DNA of 64,000 bases from an uncultured virus (IMG/VR IMGVR_UViG_3300021400_000789) (lineage: Duplodnaviria; Heunggongvirae; Uroviricota; Caudoviricetes). This document shows, piece by piece, positions 35,683 to 45,075 of the stretch. The position numbers were made by a program, and so were the translations under genes. Position 1 is the first letter of the stretch. Each line of letters opens with the position of its first letter. The stretch lies in the IMG/VR virus record IMGVR_UViG_3300021400_000789. The stretch is one strand, 5' to 3'. Below the pieces are notes generated by a model. That model saw only the letters and a list, made by a program, of their open reading frames with translations, ran no database searches and had not been told where the DNA came from.

Positions 35683-37794
35683 ATGAATAAGAGAGAACTT
35701 GCAAAAGTCCCGAGACCTGCACCGATGCCGGCAGAGGAGAAGTACAAGCCGAGCGAACGGTTCATTGCGACGGAAGACCTGACGATCGGGGGCGAGCAGG
35801 TACTTGTCCTTAACGTATTCATGCAGGACAAGGGCGATACGGACCTTGTGTGCATCTACCGGACATTCATGACTCCGGATGATTACATCACGCAGGATCT
35901 GAGGACGGACAAGACAAAGTGGATAACAGGGGCTTTCCATAACGCATGGGAATTCGGCAATAAGAGCAAGCAGTTCGTCAGCATGGAGCACATGGACCGG
36001 TTCAGGAGATTCCTCCGGGGATACAAGTGCGACAAGCCATGGAAAAGGAATCCTAATATCTGGGATGACTGCGAAGTGTACCAGAAGAAGGTGCTGTCCG
36101 ACAGGCTGAAAGCAAAGCACAAGAGAGAGACGGATGTGATCGACGCCCGCATGAAGGTTCTCGGGGACATCCCGCAGGAATTCTTCTACTGGGTGGAGGA
36201 TGAGGCGCTCAGCAAGAGCCAGTACATCTTCTACACCAGGACATCGGAAAAGCGTGACCATATCAGGTGCTGCTGTTCCGTCTGCAATCAGATCTTCGAG
36301 GGGGACAGGAAGAAGCTCGGCGTTAAGAACAATGCCGAGGGCGAGTGCCCGATGTGTGCGAGCAAGGTAACGTACAAGTCCTACGGAGCCTTCCCGAAAA
36401 AGAAGACGGACGGCGTCTATGTCACATATGTCGAACCGCTTCCGGAAGGCTTCTGCCTGAGATACCTGCTGGCGGAGAGGACGTTCACCAAGGAGCCGAG
36501 CGGTATACAGCAGCACAGCGTCGAATACTGCGAGCTCGTCAGGGAGTTCGTCAGGTACCCGAAGACCGGGAAGGCAATAACGGACGGATACCAATACGAC
36601 CACTACAAGATGACACACGAACTTCGATGGTGCCACGAGAAGGTACACCACACAATTTACGGCGGGTCGACGCTGTACGAATGCTATTCAAGCTGCCTGT
36701 ACCCGGGGAACCTTCCGGAAGCATGGGCGCACACACCGATGAAGTATTCCGGGCTCGAGATCCTGTCAAGGAACACGCCGGGAAAACACGCAAGGTACTG
36801 GGACGCGATCTACGACCCTGAGGGCTACCGCGCGATCGAGATACTTGCCAAGTCAGGGCTCTACAGGATGAGCCACTGGCTGCTCGATTCAAGGGGGAGC
36901 AGCTGGGGAGCCGGCAGGGGGCTCAACGAGAAGGGCACTGATCTCGGATCGATCCTCCGGCTCAACATGAAGGACCATCCGAACAAGACGAACATCAGGA
37001 TCCTCAGGCAGATCGACGCAACAGTAGCGCAGCTGGTACTCATGCAGCACATCGACAGGACGGGGATCAGCATCAGCCCGGAACTGCTCGTCAGGTACTT
37101 CAACATATTCGAGGTGAACAGCGACCTTCTGAAACCGAGGAACCGGCACGCATCACTGCATAAGATCTGCAGGTACATCGAAGAACAGCACGAGAAGCGG
37201 AAGAGGAACAGCCTGGCCGAAATCGGGCGTGACTGGAACGACTACACCGAATGGTGCAGGGACTTAAAGATAAACCTTGATGATGATTTCCACTATTTCC
37301 CGCCGGACTTCTACAAGGAGCACGACAGGGTATACAAGGAATGGCAGAAGCACAAGGACAAGTGCGAAGCCGAGAGAAAGCGGAGGATGGACCTGGAGGC
37401 AAAGGAGAGGATGCAACTCGCTAAAGCTGCGATGTCAGAGATCTTCAAGGAGAACGAAGGCACCGACGCGTTCAGCATCAAAGGGAAAGGACTGGTGCTG
37501 GTCGTACCGAAGAACGCACAGGAGATAAGGGCAGAGGGCGAAGCCCTTCACCACTGCGTCGGGTCTTATGTCGAGGATGTGGTCAAGGGGCTCACGAGCA
37601 TCTATTTCGTCAGGAAGGCATCCGAACCTGAGACACCGTACTACACGATGGAGTTCAAGAACGGAAGGGTGTGTCAGTGCCGGGGGAACAGGAACTGCAG
37701 CATGACGACGGAGGTGTTTGCATTCACACAGGTATTCGCGCAGAAGATGAATGAGTACATGAAGAAACAGGAGGCGGTGAAATATGCAGGGTAA
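35683..37794 (+). CDS. PcfJ domain protein
   Basis: WNDY..P..HD, EGEALHHCVGSY, IYFVRK and PYYTME..QCRG..N. Confidence 0.85.
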   Translation: MNKRELAKVPRPAPMPAEEKYKPSERFIATEDLTIGGEQVLVLNVFMQDKGDTDLVCIYRTFMTPDDYITQDLRTDKTKWITGAFHNAWEFGNKSKQFVSMEHMDRFRRFLRGYKCDKPWKRNPNIWDDCEVYQKKVLSDRLKAKHKRETDVIDARMKVLGDIPQEFFYWVEDEALSKSQYIFYTRTSEKRDHIRCCCSVCNQIFEGDRKKLGVKNNAEGECPMCASKVTYKSYGAFPKKKTDGVYVTYVEPLPEGFCLRYLLAERTFTKEPSGIQQHSVEYCELVREFVRYPKTGKAITDGYQYDHYKMTHELRWCHEKVHHTIYGGSTLYECYSSCLYPGNLPEAWAHTPMKYSGLEILSRNTPGKHARYWDAIYDPEGYRAIEILAKSGLYRMSHWLLDSRGSSWGAGRGLNEKGTDLGSILRLNMKDHPNKTNIRILRQIDATVAQLVLMQHIDRTGISISPELLVRYFNIFEVNSDLLKPRNRHASLHKICRYIEEQHEKRKRNSLAEIGRDWNDYTEWCRDLKINLDDDFHYFPPDFYKEHDRVYKEWQKHKDKCEAERKRRMDLEAKERMQLAKAAMSEIFKENEGTDAFSIKGKGLVLVVPKNAQEIRAEGEALHHCVGSYVEDVVKGLTSIYFVRKASEPETPYYTMEFKNGRVCQCRGNRNCSMTTEVFAFTQVFAQKMNEYMKKQEAVKYAG

Positions 37795-38008
37795 GATCGT
37801 GATCCGGAGCATCCGGAAGGGAAGCGTCCAGTGGAACGAGGAAGACAGGCAGAAGCTCGGGGCGCTGCTCCTCACCTGCGGGTACACCGTCCGCATCGGA
37901 CGGCAGGCAGTGCCCGGCACTGGGTCAGGAAAGAGAAAACCGACGATGGAATACGTGATCGAGGCATGGGAGGAAAGCGATGAAGAAGAGAAGCTGCAGA
38001 AGGACTAA
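37784..38008 (+). CDS. Hypothetical protein
   Basis: Coupled ORF, GGAGG RBS. Confidence 0.65.
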   Translation: MQGKIVIRSIRKGSVQWNEEDRQKLGALLLTCGYTVRIGRQAVPGTGSGKRKPTMEYVIEAWEESDEEEKLQKD

Positions 38009-38282
38009 GGCGGAGGACGCCATGCACGACCAGGCGGTACGGCTCCGCAAAATGACGGATGAACAGCTCGTCGGGTATATCAGGGATAAAGAGACTGCCG
38101 CATATGAGAACGGCCGTCAGAGGGCATCTGAGGAGCTCTCAGCTACAGCCCAAAGCGTCCCGCAGGAGATGACCGCGAGCGAACTGATCCAAAGGATCAC
38201 CAACGACAAGATACCCGGGATCGGGTCTGTCACCATCAATAAGATCTGGAAGGCGGCGAGGGGATATGGCATTGCAATCTAA
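37980..38282 (+). CDS. Hypothetical protein (HhH-like IPGIGSVT)
   Basis: AVRLRKMTDEQL motif. Confidence 0.65.
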   Translation: MKKRSCRRTKAEDAMHDQAVRLRKMTDEQLVGYIRDKETAAYENGRQRASEELSATAQSVPQEMTASELIQRITNDKIPGIGSVTINKIWKAARGYGIAI

Positions 38283-38805
38283 CCAGAGGCTCAAGGGGCT
38301 CCGGAGCAAGAGCACGGGGGCACTGTTCGAGGAAAAGATCATATTCGCTGAGCTGTACTACCGGAACAACGGGTACTGCTTCATCCAGAAGACACCGGAA
38401 CCGATGCATGTGCTGAGCCCTATAAAGGGAAGGCCGGGACATTTCGAGGTGTGTTTCGAAAAGCAGGCCCAGCCGGACTTCCGCGGTATCCTCTGCGACG
38501 GTTCGACGATCCTGTTCGACGCGAAACATACGGACACGGACAGGATCACCCGACAGGTGGTAACAGCGGAGCAGGAGAAATGCCTTGACGTACACGAGAA
38601 GTTCGGCGCGCACTGCTTCATCATCGTATCGATCCGGTTCGAGAATTACTACCGGGTGCCATGGAATATCTTCCGGGACATGAAAGAGCATTTCGGGCAC
38701 AAGTACATGAATGAAGCAGAGCTCGCCCCGTACCAGATCAAGAACACGAACGGAATACTGCGGTTCCTTGATGGGATAGAGATCGCAGAGAAAGGAAACG
38801 AATGA
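38266..38805 (+). CDS. recU: Holliday junction resolvase, RecU family
   Basis: GALFE, IQKTPEP, QPDFRG and FDAKHT. Confidence 0.8.
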   Translation: MALQSNQRLKGLRSKSTGALFEEKIIFAELYYRNNGYCFIQKTPEPMHVLSPIKGRPGHFEVCFEKQAQPDFRGILCDGSTILFDAKHTDTDRITRQVVTAEQEKCLDVHEKFGAHCFIIVSIRFENYYRVPWNIFRDMKEHFGHKYMNEAELAPYQIKNTNGILRFLDGIEIAEKGNE

Positions 38806-39857
38806 AAGTCTTTAAACATGAGCTGGTCGCAGCTCTCAAGAACCTGAAGACGGTCATACCGAAGGGACAGAACCTGCCGGGCCTCCACGGCATCCTCGTG
38901 GATGACGGTGTGCTGACCGCATCGAACACGGAACTGACAATGCAGATGACACTGGCAGCGTCCAAGGGAGAACGTTTCATCATCCCGGAGAACGCCTTCG
39001 CACTGATCGAGAACCTTCCGGAGGGCGAGATCACCATCACCGAGGAAGATTCAAGGATCCGGATATCGACAGCGAAGATCAAGAACCAGTTCCCAACCTA
39101 CCCGGCGGACGAATTCATCTACGCAAAACCGCTCGTCAGCGTGAACAAGACGAACGTGTCCGGCCAGGAACTGATCAAGGCGCTCAGGCGTGTAGAATTT
39201 GCCTGCGCCAGTGAGGGATCGAAGCCGGTGCTCTGCGGCGTATGTATCAAGAGGTATTCCGGAAGCATGGACGTTGTGGCGACAGACGCGCATGTGCTGG
39301 CATGGGACCAGCTGAAGTCCGACGGTGACGACATGGAGATCATCGTCCCACAGGAAGCGGTAAAGAAACTGATCAGCATTGGGATCGATGACGATATCGA
39401 CCTGAACCACGATGAGCACCATGCGATCTTCCATACGGACAAGTACACGATCTATACACGCCTCATCAACGGTCCGTACCTCGACTATAAGAGACCGTTC
39501 ACCGAACAGCCGGTACGCACATGCGCAGACCGCAAGGAGATGCTGGCAGCCGTCCAGAGGGCAAAGATGTGCGCCGACAAGGAGTTCCAGAACAGCCCGA
39601 TCACGCTTGCTTTCAGCAGGGACGGATTGTCCATCCAGAAGGTAGGAGGCGATGTGATCTATGACGAGAAGATACCTACGGGGATGGACGTCGAGGAAGA
39701 CATCAGCATCGGTTTTGACGGCACCATACTTGCCTCAGCTGTAAAGGCGTTCGATTCGGATGAACTGACAATGTCCATGACAAGCCCGGCATACCCGATG
39801 ATCCTTGGGGCCGAGACATCCGACATGAGGGTTCTGGTGCTGCCGGTACGCAGATAA
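38802..39857 (+). CDS. dnaN: DNA polymerase III beta sliding clamp homologue
   Basis: 351 aa three-domain layout; KPVLCGV, VATDAH, TRLINGPYLDY and terminal LVLPVR. Confidence 0.85.
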   Translation: MKVFKHELVAALKNLKTVIPKGQNLPGLHGILVDDGVLTASNTELTMQMTLAASKGERFIIPENAFALIENLPEGEITITEEDSRIRISTAKIKNQFPTYPADEFIYAKPLVSVNKTNVSGQELIKALRRVEFACASEGSKPVLCGVCIKRYSGSMDVVATDAHVLAWDQLKSDGDDMEIIVPQEAVKKLISIGIDDDIDLNHDEHHAIFHTDKYTIYTRLINGPYLDYKRPFTEQPVRTCADRKEMLAAVQRAKMCADKEFQNSPITLAFSRDGLSIQKVGGDVIYDEKIPTGMDVEEDISIGFDGTILASAVKAFDSDELTMSMTSPAYPMILGAETSDMRVLVLPVRR

Positions 39858-39869
39858 AGGAGGGACATT

Positions 39870-40148
39870 ATGAAAGACATGGTAGTCGTTATCACTCTCC
39901 ATGATCCTTCATCAGCGACGAACTCGCAGATACGTGAGGACATAAGAGAGCTGGAACGCATGACGAAGGACAGGAAGGACGAGCTTTCGAAGCGAAATGC
40001 CAGATGCGCTGAGTCTGCAGAAAGATATCCAGATTCACGGCAGGTGGAGCAAAGCCAGCGCCACGACCCTTATGCAAGGACAAGGGCTGCCGTATACGCC
40101 ACCGGGAACAGGTGGGCGATTGAGAACTTCGAGGCGACGCATTCGTGA
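39870..40148 (+). CDS. Hypothetical protein
   Basis: VYATGNRWAIENFEATH motif; AAGGAGG RBS. Confidence 0.65.
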   Translation: MKDMVVVITLHDPSSATNSQIREDIRELERMTKDRKDELSKRNARCAESAERYPDSRQVEQSQRHDPYARTRAAVYATGNRWAIENFEATHS

Positions 40149-40343
40149 GGACAGGGAAACCGGAATAGAGAGGAACTGCGGATATGGCAAAAAAGGAAAT
40201 CTGTAAGAACTGCGATCACTGCAAGCCGACCTATAAAGGCGGCTACTGTGAGAAGAACGGAAAGAAGGTCAGCATAAGCAAAGGCACGTGCGAAGACTGG
40301 AGCCCGAAAAGATGAAGAAGGAAGTACAGGAGGGTGAGTAAAT

Positions 40344-41135
40344 ATGGATTTTGAAAAGAAGATGGCTGACATAACGAGCAGCCTATTCACCGAAGGATGG
40401 GTAGATGAACAGGTGACAGAGGCTGTCAAGGACGCCATCAAGAAGGCTATCAAAGACCAGTTCTCTTATGGCGGTATCGGATACAAGAAGATCAAACAGG
40501 TGGTGGAGGAATCCGTAGAAAAAACGGTTGCCAACGTAGCACCTGAATACATCCCGAAACTGGAAATCGTCCTTGCGGAGATCATGAGCCAGACAGTCGT
40601 AGCGGAGAAGAAAAGGCTACTCGAGAACTTCCGAGTATTCATGACGGATACGGACATCCCGGACAGAGAAAAGAATACAGGCAACCGGAAGATACAACTG
40701 AGTGAAATCTTCAAGGTATACCGCAAATATGTCTCCGAGCACTTCGATACCGAAGACAGGAATATCGACTATGACGATGAGCCGACATATTACCCTGTTG
40801 AATGCAAGGCATGGATAGAACCTGAACACGAAGGTAGCGGTTACTTCCGGAGCAGCTACAAACACGCGACATTATACCTTGTGACGGAAGACGGGCAGGA
40901 TGAACACGGAGAGAGCTGTAACTTTAAGGTTCCGCTCGTCATGTGGAACGAAAAAAAAGGGTGGTCCATATCGGAGCTTCACGAGAACATCGACTTTGGG
41001 AACCTCCTGCATGCCGACCCGATGCTCTGCTATCTGCATAAGCTGAAATGCCATTTCATTCGTATCGAAGATACAGGAGAGGAAATGGACGAGTATGTGG
41101 AGCTTGACGCAAAGCCAGAATGTGATTGGAGCTGA
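40344..41135 (+). CDS. Hypothetical protein
   Basis: 263 aa, AGGAGG RBS. Confidence 0.75.
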   Translation: MDFEKKMADITSSLFTEGWVDEQVTEAVKDAIKKAIKDQFSYGGIGYKKIKQVVEESVEKTVANVAPEYIPKLEIVLAEIMSQTVVAEKKRLLENFRVFMTDTDIPDREKNTGNRKIQLSEIFKVYRKYVSEHFDTEDRNIDYDDEPTYYPVECKAWIEPEHEGSGYFRSSYKHATLYLVTEDGQDEHGESCNFKVPLVMWNEKKGWSISELHENIDFGNLLHADPMLCYLHKLKCHFIRIEDTGEEMDEYVELDAKPECDWS

Positions 41136-41137
41136 CC

Positions 41138-41560
41138 ATGGAGAATGATGGATTCAAATGGGTCGCGAAAGGGAAGAGGCTGGACGGATGCCAGGAACGC
41201 ATAGACCTGATCACTGGGATGGCACAGACGGTCAACCTCGAGACAGGAAAGATCGAGAATTACAAGCTCGTCTGCCCGAAGTGCGGAAAGATAATCGAGC
41301 GGGACGACCAGAGCAGGTCTTGGAGCTGGCGGGTGTACGCACATGAGAAATATGTGCATCGATGCATAATCAAAGGCGAGATGCACCTGTCCGACATCCA
41401 CACGCTAGACATGGTGGTGCCGCCCGGAATGACGATCGACGAGTTTTACAGCTGCGTCCGGTACGGAATGCAGCACAAGGAGGAAGTGCTAAATGGCAAA
41501 GGTCAAGGGAAAGGTGTGGAAATTAACACCGACGGAGGAAAATTCAACTTTTCGTTCTAA
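41138..41560 (+). CDS. Hypothetical protein
   Basis: ORF in operon; true 3' end uncertain because it overlaps the next ORF. Confidence 0.5.
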   Translation: MENDGFKWVAKGKRLDGCQERIDLITGMAQTVNLETGKIENYKLVCPKCGKIIERDDQSRSWSWRVYAHEKYVHRCIIKGEMHLSDIHTLDMVVPPGMTIDEFYSCVRYGMQHKEEVLNGKGQGKGVEINTDGGKFNFSF

Positions 41561-41798
41561 GGATTTCAAGGAGCTTGAAGAGCTTGGCGGATTTGACAGC
41601 ACCCGGTATAAGGCGGACTTCTGGTTCGAGCTTGATATCACGGATAAGTGCAAGCAGGCGCTGACATTCGTCTGCGCGAACTACCCGGAGATCGATACTT
41701 CCGACGTGGTAGTCATCACGGATCCGATTTACGACAGCGGGGCGTTCTACAAGAACAGCGTAGGATGGACAGCACTGAAAGACCTGTGGGAGCAGTAA
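41493..41798 (+). CDS. Hypothetical protein
   Basis: AAGGAGG RBS. Confidence 0.6.
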   Translation: MAKVKGKVWKLTPTEENSTFRSKDFKELEELGGFDSTRYKADFWFELDITDKCKQALTFVCANYPEIDTSDVVVITDPIYDSGAFYKNSVGWTALKDLWEQ

Positions 41799-41828
41799 CA
41801 GCAGATCATCAATAACGGAGGTGAATGT

Positions 41829-42080
41829 ATGGCGAAATGCAGGGGATGCGGACAGGAAATCACTTGGATAAAAATGAAGACCGGGAAGTCAATGCCGGCG
41901 GATCCGGAAAGAATCATGTACTGGGAAGACGAGAACGGAAAGGACGTGCTGGTCACTCCGGACGGAGAGACGGTCACCTGCTCTCTTACGGGGGACATCA
42001 ATAAAGCGACTGGATACGGGTATGTATCACACTTTGCGACCTGCCCGGCCAGCGACAATTTCAGGAGGAGAAGAAAATGA
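41829..42080 (+). CDS. Zn-binding hypothetical protein
   Basis: CRGCG..GKSMP..SHFATCP. Confidence 0.7.
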   Translation: MAKCRGCGQEITWIKMKTGKSMPADPERIMYWEDENGKDVLVTPDGETVTCSLTGDINKATGYGYVSHFATCPASDNFRRRRK

Positions 42081-42249
42081 TGGAAGGCAAGATCACAATC
42101 AACAACGCACCGGAGAAGACTGAAAAATATGTAGTTGTGAGCGATGTGGAAGGTGAGTTCTGGTACTGGGGCTCATGGCCGGACGAGGCACGCGCGAAGA
42201 AAGCCGCGAATGAGATCGGCGGGTTAGTCGTGAAAGTGGGTGCAGCGTA

Positions 42250-42729
42250 ATGGGATCGAAGTGGATCAAAGGCGTTCCGCCGCAGATGCTGAACGACCAG
42301 TTCGGACTGTACCGCGGAGTATGGATGAAAGAAATGGACCGATGCTGGCTGCGTGAATCCGACGGCACCTGCGTGTGCTCACGCCTTATCAGAACGCAGT
42401 TCGGCAAGGTAGAGCATGTAACTATTACCCGGAGCGACGCGAGCCGTGCAGAGGGCTTGACGGACTTCACATGGGCCGAGAAGCAGGAGATCAAAAATGA
42501 GCTCTTCGGTGAGAACAGGTTCGCCATCGAGGTATATCCGAAAGAAGACCGACTGGTCGACATGGCCGATGTTTACCACCTGTGGGTGTTCGATAAGAAG
42601 ATGGACATGCCGTTTGGCATCCACCCGAAGGAGTTCTCCAAGACACCTGCAATCAAGCGGGGCTACAGCGTATCGCTGCAGGATATCGAGACTTTGAAGA
42701 ATCATTACGATGGAGTGAAAAATGGCTGA
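42250..42729 (+). CDS. Hypothetical phage protein
   Basis: EHVTI..TWAEKQEIK..FG..EVYP..YHLW; related to 57094-57492. Confidence 0.7.
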   Translation: MGSKWIKGVPPQMLNDQFGLYRGVWMKEMDRCWLRESDGTCVCSRLIRTQFGKVEHVTITRSDASRAEGLTDFTWAEKQEIKNELFGENRFAIEVYPKEDRLVDMADVYHLWVFDKKMDMPFGIHPKEFSKTPAIKRGYSVSLQDIETLKNHYDGVKNG

Positions 42730-42949
42730 TTTTACGACAAGGCTCAGAGAGCTGATGGATGAGAAGAATCTTAATGCAGCTCAGATGGGAGAGTTATCGG
42801 GTGTCAATCGTATGACGATCTACGGGTACCTGAACCCGTGGAAATACCCGGACCGCGCCATGTTCCCGAATATGAATACATTCGAGAAGATATGCGATGC
42901 GCTGGATGTCTCGATGGACTACCTCTGGGGAAGGAGTGATAAGAGGTGA
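42722..42949 (+). CDS. XRE HTH protein
   Basis: FTTRLRELM..ICDALDVSMDYLWGR. Confidence 0.8.
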   Translation: MADFTTRLRELMDEKNLNAAQMGELSGVNRMTIYGYLNPWKYPDRAMFPNMNTFEKICDALDVSMDYLWGRSDKR

Positions 42950-42953
42950 TGAT

Positions 42954-43202
42954 ATGGAATTCATGATGCCCGAGTGGCTTAGCGGAAAGAAAATATTGAC
43001 GGCGGAAGAGGTCAAGAAGCTTCCTGTTGGCGCGACTGTATATGTGCACAAGGTATATGGAAATCTTGGTGAGCATCTTTGCGCCAGGTATACGGTGACT
43101 CAGAGCGAAAATAAGAAGGTACTTACGACATTGGACTGGTACGGGAATCGGCAAACCATGCAGATCAAGGACGGCAAGAGAGTTGCATTTACCGCAGACT
43201 GA
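42954..43202 (+). CDS. Hypothetical protein
   Basis: GAGGTG RBS. Confidence 0.6.
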   Translation: MEFMMPEWLSGKKILTAEEVKKLPVGATVYVHKVYGNLGEHLCARYTVTQSENKKVLTTLDWYGNRQTMQIKDGKRVAFTAD

Positions 43203-43219
43203 ATGAGGAGAGAGGAACT

Positions 43220-43450
43220 GTGAAAAGGACGATCGAAGAAGTGCTGGATGAGATGGTCGGTGCCAATTACATGATAACAGCTGCACAGATCTGTGAGATC
43301 GCGGAGATCCATTCCGCAGAGATCGCATCCGTCAACGAAAGGATAAGGGAGGCATACTTCGCAGGCCGCAAGCACGACCGACCGAAGCTCGAAGCTCTGC
43401 TGCTCAAGAACAGCATACCGCAAGGAAGCAAAAATGAAAAAACAACTTGA
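43220..43450 (+). CDS. Hypothetical protein
   Basis: GAGGAG RBS, GTG start. Confidence 0.55.
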   Translation: MKRTIEEVLDEMVGANYMITAAQICEIAEIHSAEIASVNERIREAYFAGRKHDRPKLEALLLKNSIPQGSKNEKTT

Positions 43451-44507
43451 AACAGATCTCGCCGTTGCATTGGCTCCATACGTTAAGGACCAGGATATCT
43501 CCACAGTCAAAATGATCATAACAATGACGCTGAGCGCCTACGATGTGACAAAGCCGGAAACGGCGCTGACCGTCTATGAGGGAGATATCAATGAACTCAT
43601 CATAATGAGATGGCTGTCAGCAAAACTGGCAGCCGGGTGCTCCAAGCGCACGGTAAAGCAGTATAAGGACAGCGTGACCCTTGTCCTGAGCAGGATAGGG
43701 AAAGCGTATCAGGACATAACTGCGGACGATGTGAGGGCATATCTGGCTACCAGGATATTCCGGGATGGGGTGTCAAAGACAACTGCGAACAACGAACGAC
43801 GGAATCTCTCGGCATTTTACTACTGGCTCCAGAAGGAAGAGATCCTTCTGAAGAACCCGATGAACCGGGTCGATCCGATCAAGGTCACGAAGAAAAAGAA
43901 GCAGGCCTTCTCACAGATGGATATCGAGAAAATGAGATATGCCTGTATGACCACAAGGGAGACCGCAATCCTAGAGATACTGCTATCGACGTGGTGCCGT
44001 GTGAGCGAGCTTGCCGAGATCCGCATAGCGGACATCCATGGCGATGCGGTAACGGTACACGGCAAGGGAGATAAATATAGGGAGTGCTACCTGAATGCGA
44101 AAGCACAGATGGCTCTGCAGAAGTATCTGGATGACAGAGAAGACGAAAACCCGTATCTGTTACCGAGAGCCAAGTATTCGGGAAATATACAAAGAATATG
44201 TCCGAAGGGCTCAAAGCAAAAGGATCTACCTAAATGGTATATGCACAAAGAGCAGGTTGACGAGGAAAAGCATATGGACACCGCAACGATTGAATCAATC
44301 ATCCGGAAAATCGGAAAAAGAGCGGAAGTAACTGGAGCTCATCCGCATCGGTTCCGGAGGACTGGCGCGACGATGGCGCTCAGGTCAGGGATGCCTCTGA
44401 TACAGGTCTCAAAGCTGCTTGGACATGAGCAGATAGATACGACACAGATCTATCTGGACATCTCGGATGAGGAGCTCATGCAGGCGCATAACAAATATGT
44501 CACGTAA
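43434..44507 (+). CDS. XerD-like tyrosine recombinase
   Basis: WCRVSE, HGKGDK, HRFRR, LGH and TQIY. Confidence 0.9.
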   Translation: MKKQLETDLAVALAPYVKDQDISTVKMIITMTLSAYDVTKPETALTVYEGDINELIIMRWLSAKLAAGCSKRTVKQYKDSVTLVLSRIGKAYQDITADDVRAYLATRIFRDGVSKTTANNERRNLSAFYYWLQKEEILLKNPMNRVDPIKVTKKKKQAFSQMDIEKMRYACMTTRETAILEILLSTWCRVSELAEIRIADIHGDAVTVHGKGDKYRECYLNAKAQMALQKYLDDREDENPYLLPRAKYSGNIQRICPKGSKQKDLPKWYMHKEQVDEEKHMDTATIESIIRKIGKRAEVTGAHPHRFRRTGATMALRSGMPLIQVSKLLGHEQIDTTQIYLDISDEELMQAHNKYVT

Positions 44508-44672
44508 ATCCGTACTCGGCCACAAGAATCAAACATCCCTCAGCAAGAGTTCTGATCTACAAGGCCGCAGTGCTGATCATAAAAACACTAGAGAAGGGAG
44601 GCGATATGATAGCGGACAACGAATTTTGGAGAAGATAGGCTATTTCTACAGACAAACAAGGTAAGCAAATTA

Positions 44673-44745
44673 AATAGGCGGGCTCGTTACATTCTAAATA
44701 CATTCTCAAAGCCCTTACTACACCAACCCCAACGAGCCCGCTATT
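44673..44745 (+). ncRNA. Hairpin RNA with 11-bp stem and 42-nt G-poor loop
   Basis: GCGGGCTCGTT (44678-44688) pairs with AACGAGCCCGC (44731-44741). Confidence 0.55.
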
Positions 44746-44752
44746 GATTTTC

Positions 44753-44842
44753 CGTGACGTAGCTCAGCGGTCAGAGCGCAGGCGTTTATTTCATCCCCTC
44801 AAAATTAGCCTGATTTCGTTGGTTCGAATCCAACCGTCACGA
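44753..44842 (+). ncRNA. tRNA-like RNA 1: 24-nt loop in place of the anticodon loop
   Basis: Acceptor CGTGACG/CGTCACG, D arm GCTC/GAGC, stem CAGGC/GCCTG, T arm GTTGG-TTCGAAT-CCAAC. Confidence 0.75.
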
Positions 44843-44857
44843 CTTCCCCCGCCGGAT

Positions 44858-44929
44858 TCCCGGTTAGCTCAATCGGTAGAGCACCGGATTGGTTAATCCG
44901 AAGATGCAGTTCGAGTCTGCTACTGGGAT
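44858..44929 (+). tRNA. tRNA-like RNA 2: Asn/Thr-like with non-canonical (8- or 6-nt) anticodon loop
   Basis: TCCCGGT/ACTGGGA acceptor, canonical D arm, CGGA-TTGGTTAA-TCCG and GCAG-TTCGAGT-CTGC. Confidence 0.6.
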
Positions 44930-44968
44930 GAACGCGGGGGCAACCTGACAGCTGGGAAAGACCGGCGC

Positions 44969-45073
44969 TGGAACGTAGCTCAACGAGGAATGGAAGAGCA
45001 GCTCTGAACGCACAGGTCACCCGGGTTAGACTGTGCGGGAAGGCGGTTGCAGGTTCGAATCCTGCCGCTCCAG
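44969..45073 (+). ncRNA. tRNA-like RNA 3: enlarged D loop, anticodon arm replaced by a long hairpin
   Basis: TGGAACG/CGCTCCA, GCTC-14nt-GAGC, CGCACAG/CTGTGCG and GCAGG-TTCGAAT-CCTGC. Confidence 0.7.
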
Positions 45074-45075
45074 CT

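Noticed and set aside
35287..36651. 454-aa minus-strand ORF
   Set aside because: Antisense shadow of the PcfK/PcfJ genes, consistent with codon bias.
44779..44812. Intron-containing ochre suppressor tRNA (TTA) implying stop-codon recoding
   Set aside because: It would need G32 and a pyrimidine at 37. The insert is far too short for a self-splicing intron, and genes throughout end normally at TAA/TGA/TAG under the standard code.
44858..44929. Canonical tRNA-Asn(GTT) or tRNA-Thr(GGT)
   Set aside because: A 7-nt loop cannot be formed on a well-paired stem and the T stem has a mismatch, so it was kept only as tRNA-like.
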